A stretch of 64,000 nucleotides of DNA from Candidatus Bathyarchaeota archaeon (GTDB lineage: Archaea > Thermoproteota > Bathyarchaeia > Bathyarchaeales > Bathycorpusculaceae), in the NCBI GenBank assembly GCA_963717465.1, contig OY970340.1, forward strand, positions 832,001 to 896,000, given 5' to 3'. The notes beneath the pieces are model-generated. The model did no database searches. It was not told the DNA's origin and worked only from the letters and a program-made list of their open reading frames with translations. This document shows positions 60,746-64,000 of the stretch, in pieces. The position numbers and the translations under genes are program-made. Numbering within the stretch: position 1 is the stretch's first letter; each line of letters opens with the position of its first letter.

Positions 60746-61825
60746 TTAACTTGTTCCATGACCATTAATAGACCTCATTTTTGATTTATGCATTTTGTCT
60801 AAATACTTAAATCTAGAAAAAACAAGGTACAGCGGAAAAGGCGGATAAGGAGCAAGCATAGCTTTTTGCACTTCTCTATCGGACACTTGCCTGATAAATT
60901 TTTGAACCGTCTGCCTCTTACTCCATGTTTCTCGAAGATGAAGCCAATTCCAAAAAAAACCTTTCACAATAGCAAGGCTAACAAGTGGTCGACGTCTAGC
61001 AAGAGATAAAGCGGCATTACGCATCTCATAAAGAATTGAAACAGCGATTGCCTTTGAAAGTTGTTGTAAGCTGTAATTTTTTATAAGAACCATTAAATGA
61101 TTTCTGGTGTAAAAAAACATGCGGTTTTGGTGCGTGAGCTTGGAGGCAGTAGACCCTGAGGCATGATAAACAATCGAATCAGCAGCAAACATTACTTTGT
61201 ATCCGCTTAGCCATATTCTCCAGCACAAGTCAACTTCGTCAAAGTACATGAAAAAGTCTGGGTCAAATAGACCAGTTTCCTTTAATACAATACGCTTTAT
61301 GAGAATTGCTGCGCCTTTGGCGTAAAAGACTGTGTCATTAGAATTATAATCACTAGCCTCTTCTCCTCGACCTCGTTCAAAATGATATCCGTAGTAGTCA
61401 ACTAAACCGCCTGCGCAATCAAGAAGTTCAGGCGAATTCATAAGTAAAAGTTTGCTTTGAACGACTCCGACTCTTGGTTGCGACTTTATTGTGTTAACTA
61501 ACGATGTTAGCCATTTCGGTTCAACCCGTGTATCGCTATTAACTAGAGCAATTAGATTGCTCGCAGATTTTCTTATGCCAATGTTGTTCCCTTCGGTAAA
61601 ACCATAATTTCGACTATTTCTTATGATACGTAATTTCTTGTTTTTGCCAAAACGGCTTTCAATAAAATCGACGCTGCCATCTGTTGAGGCATTGTCAACG
61701 AATAACACTTCAAAACTGGGATAATCAGTTAAAAGTACTGAGTTAACGCAAGTTATCAGAAGTGGCCCTAAATGCTTTCTACCATTATAGTTTAGAATTA
61801 TAACTGAAACCCTTTCAGCTTCCAT
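60746..61825 (-). CDS. Family 2 glycosyltransferase
   Basis: ILNYNG, VDNASTDGS, GFTEGNN, NSD, EVDLCWR. Confidence 0.92.
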   Translation of the reverse strand: MEAERVSVIILNYNGRKHLGPLLITCVNSVLLTDYPSFEVLFVDNASTDGSVDFIESRFGKNKKLRIIRNSRNYGFTEGNNIGIRKSASNLIALVNSDTRVEPKWLTSLVNTIKSQPRVGVVQSKLLLMNSPELLDCAGGLVDYYGYHFERGRGEEASDYNSNDTVFYAKGAAILIKRIVLKETGLFDPDFFMYFDEVDLCWRIWLSGYKVMFAADSIVYHASGSTASKLTHQNRMFFYTRNHLMVLIKNYSLQQLSKAIAVSILYEMRNAALSLARRRPLVSLAIVKGFFWNWLHLRETWSKRQTVQKFIRQVSDREVQKAMLAPYPPFPLYLVFSRFKYLDKMHKSKMRSINGHGTS

Positions 61826-62019
61826 TTAAAGGCCTCCACTAGTGAATGCAACCTTGATAGACAATCAAGGTTATATAAACAAGTGCGCTCCAACTTTTTA
61901 GCAAAAAAATTAATACCTGCAACTCTGTTCTGAAAATTGATTCTTCAAGCTCGTTCAGCATATTTGAGAGGCTACTTTTTGTTTTTTAACAACTCTATAA
62001 TTGGCATTATGTCAAGTGT

Positions 62020-62781
62020 TTAATCAGACCCAAATCGCATATTATGTAATGCAACTCTGAAAACAGACCTGAAATATGGTTCATTGTATTTACAGGTTGA
62101 ACATGTTTTGAATTTGTTTTTGTTTTTCAATATTCTTTCAACAATATCTACGTATGATTCTTGAGTTAAGTTGCCTACGGGACTTGATAACCCAAAATCC
62201 ATGCAACACAGATAAACATCTCCATTTGGTAGTACAACAGGTTTAATTTCTTGATAAAATCTGGCGCACCAGCCTAATCTTTTCTGTTTCTTAACTAGTC
62301 CTCTTGTAGTATTTTCTCTATTATTTGTGACAAAATTATTATTCATTATGTTAAAGCTGACGTTTGAGTTACTTTCGATGAGTTCAAAGAAATGATTACG
62401 ATAATTTTCCGTTATTGGCTCTTTCATTATTTGTCCATCTGGAAGATGAATGCATATTTGATTGAATTTAATGCGTTTCAATTCTTTCATATCTGCATCC
62501 TTTAATCCATACAAAGTCGTGTATAGTTCCAGTGTATGCTTATCCGTCATTTTAAAAAAATCTATGCACTTTGGATTTTTTAATGGCTCAGAAAATCCTG
62601 CAAATAGAATTCTAACATAATCCGGTACATTATTAAGTATTTTCTGATATGTTTCAACACTCATGTTTTTCTCGCATTTGTACCTTGACACTAATACTTC
62701 TTGTGGACAATATTTTGAACAGTTTACAGGGCATCCTATGTTAGTAGTTATTTCTAAAGCATATTTCATCATTATCACCAA
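62020..62781 (-). CDS. Radical SAM / SPASM-like protein
   Basis: CPVNCSKYCP (variant cluster motif), FSEPL, GDVYLCCMD, CSTC. Confidence 0.8.
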   Translation of the reverse strand: MVIMMKYALEITTNIGCPVNCSKYCPQEVLVSRYKCEKNMSVETYQKILNNVPDYVRILFAGFSEPLKNPKCIDFFKMTDKHTLELYTTLYGLKDADMKELKRIKFNQICIHLPDGQIMKEPITENYRNHFFELIESNSNVSFNIMNNNFVTNNRENTTRGLVKKQKRLGWCARFYQEIKPVVLPNGDVYLCCMDFGLSSPVGNLTQESYVDIVERILKNKNKFKTCSTCKYNEPYFRSVFRVALHNMRFGSD

Positions 62782-63119
62782 ATATTGAGCTTTAGAAGTC
62801 CTGAAATGACAACGGACAAACCGTTAACAAATCGAGTTTTTTCTGTCATTATGAGCAGAGTCTGCCTGGCTTCTTTATGGATTTTACTTCTTTGAGTCAT
62901 GAACTTTATCTCTAATTTAAGAAATTACATTATTTTGTGTGTGCATAACTGCGACACACAAACGAATTAATTACAACTAAACTTCGTAAAAATGAACTGA
63001 CACAATGGAGAGGAAATTAATACCCAAAAAAAACAAGAATTCAGAAAAATCATTCTTTTCTTCTTGCAATCTTTATATTATCACATGAAAACAGAGTATA
63101 GCTGTTAAGTGGGCTTAGC

Positions 63120-64000
63120 ATAAAAAGAATTAACGTGCTTCAATTGGTCTACGGGTTCGGGATTGGTGGAACTGAAAAAGTAATGCAAACATTTTCTGAA
63201 CAATTAAGCAAGGAAATTTTTGATGTTTCAGTATGCGCTGTTTCGGGCGGCGGCATCAGAGAAAAAATGCTAAATGAACATGGCATCCCAACTTGCACTG
63301 CACAAAAACAAGAAGAACTCACTCGGCTACTAATAGATAAGAAAATCCAAATTATGCATGTTCATAGAGCAGGAAAAGAACAGCCCTTTGAAATTCTACG
63401 AGCGCAACAAGCTAAAGTGCCAGTCATAATAGAAACAAATGTTTTTGGAATGTATGATTCGAGTGAAACTGGAAAAGCTATAAACATGCATTTAATGGTT
63501 AGCAAGAATGCTGCCTTAAACTATGTTAAAAGGGGCAAAATTTCAATTCAAGACTTTACACAAAATTGCCGAGTATTGTACAATCCAATTGAAGTTGACA
63601 AATTCGAAAATTTTAGAGCTGACATCGATGCATTTAGAGCTAAATACGGGATTGATAACGATGAACCATTGATTGCCAGAGTTGGAAGGCCAGACCTTAT
63701 AAAATGGAGCCGTTTCACGGTAGACATGTTTAGGATATTGAACAAGAGAATGCCGAAAATCAGGTATTTAATTGTAGGTGGCATACCTGATACTATAAGA
63801 AAGGAATTTATCAAGATAGGCCTGGAGAAAAACATAATCGATGCTGGAGTTTTGTCTGAAGATGATCTTTTGACAGCCTACTATTGCATCGATGCTTTAG
63901 CACATTCTTCACAAATAGGCGAATCATTCGGAATCACGATTGCAGAGGCCATGGCAGCAAAAAAACCTGTAGTGGTGAACTCCACGCCTTGGGCGGACAA
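63120..64000 (+). CDS. Family 4 glycosyltransferase; start uncertain, truncated by the window end
   Basis: Open frame INVLQLVYGFGIGGTEK...ESFGITIAEAMAAKKPVV. Confidence 0.85.
   Translation, partial: MKRINVLQLVYGFGIGGTEKVMQTFSEQLSKEIFDVSVCAVSGGGIREKMLNEHGIPTCTAQKQEELTRLLIDKKIQIMHVHRAGKEQPFEILRAQQAKVPVIIETNVFGMYDSSETGKAINMHLMVSKNAALNYVKRGKISIQDFTQNCRVLYNPIEVDKFENFRADIDAFRAKYGIDNDEPLIARVGRPDLIKWSRFTVDMFRILNKRMPKIRYLIVGGIPDTIRKEFIKIGLEKNIIDAGVLSEDDLLTAYYCIDALAHSSQIGESFGITIAEAMAAKKPVVVNSTPWAD

Noticed and set aside
2790..60765. Numerous split genes as programmed frameshifting or mass pseudogenisation
   Set aside because: Single-base indels, several in short homopolymers, hit unrelated genes with otherwise intact motifs; assembly error is the simplest explanation, and read mapping would decide
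90..63835. Many short antisense ORFs in the six-frame track
   Set aside because: They are shadows of well-supported genes on the opposite strand and have no motifs

Overview
Archaeal chromosome segment, most likely Bathyarchaeia/TACK. This is inferred from archaeal rps12/rps7, a single-OB SSB, a BHB tRNA intron and DUF5752/DUF5658-like proteins, not from a phylogeny. Core genes include pyrB, rps12, rps7, a DRG GTPase, trxB, an Nfn/Sud pair, LutAB-like genes and glycosyltransferases. There are four tRNA genes: Phe with a non-canonical 30/31 intron, Sec, Val and Ser. Highlights: (1) a 9/4-fold tRNA-Sec(UCA) whose CCA end directly abuts the stop codon of a convergent SepSecS gene, indicating selenocysteine machinery in this lineage; (2) an ArsR-HTH/ATP-cone/NrdD fusion that appears to lack the catalytic cysteines and the glycyl-radical motif, a candidate nucleotide-sensing pseudoenzyme regulator; (3) two toxin-antitoxin modules stacked at tRNA-Val, each bounded by a degenerate copy of the tRNA 3' half; (4) an unannotated 125-nt rod-like RNA; (5) an IS-associated island with a TetR/SDR cassette and three nuclease genes. 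Many genes carry single-base frameshifts, probably assembly indels. No selenoprotein gene was found in the window.
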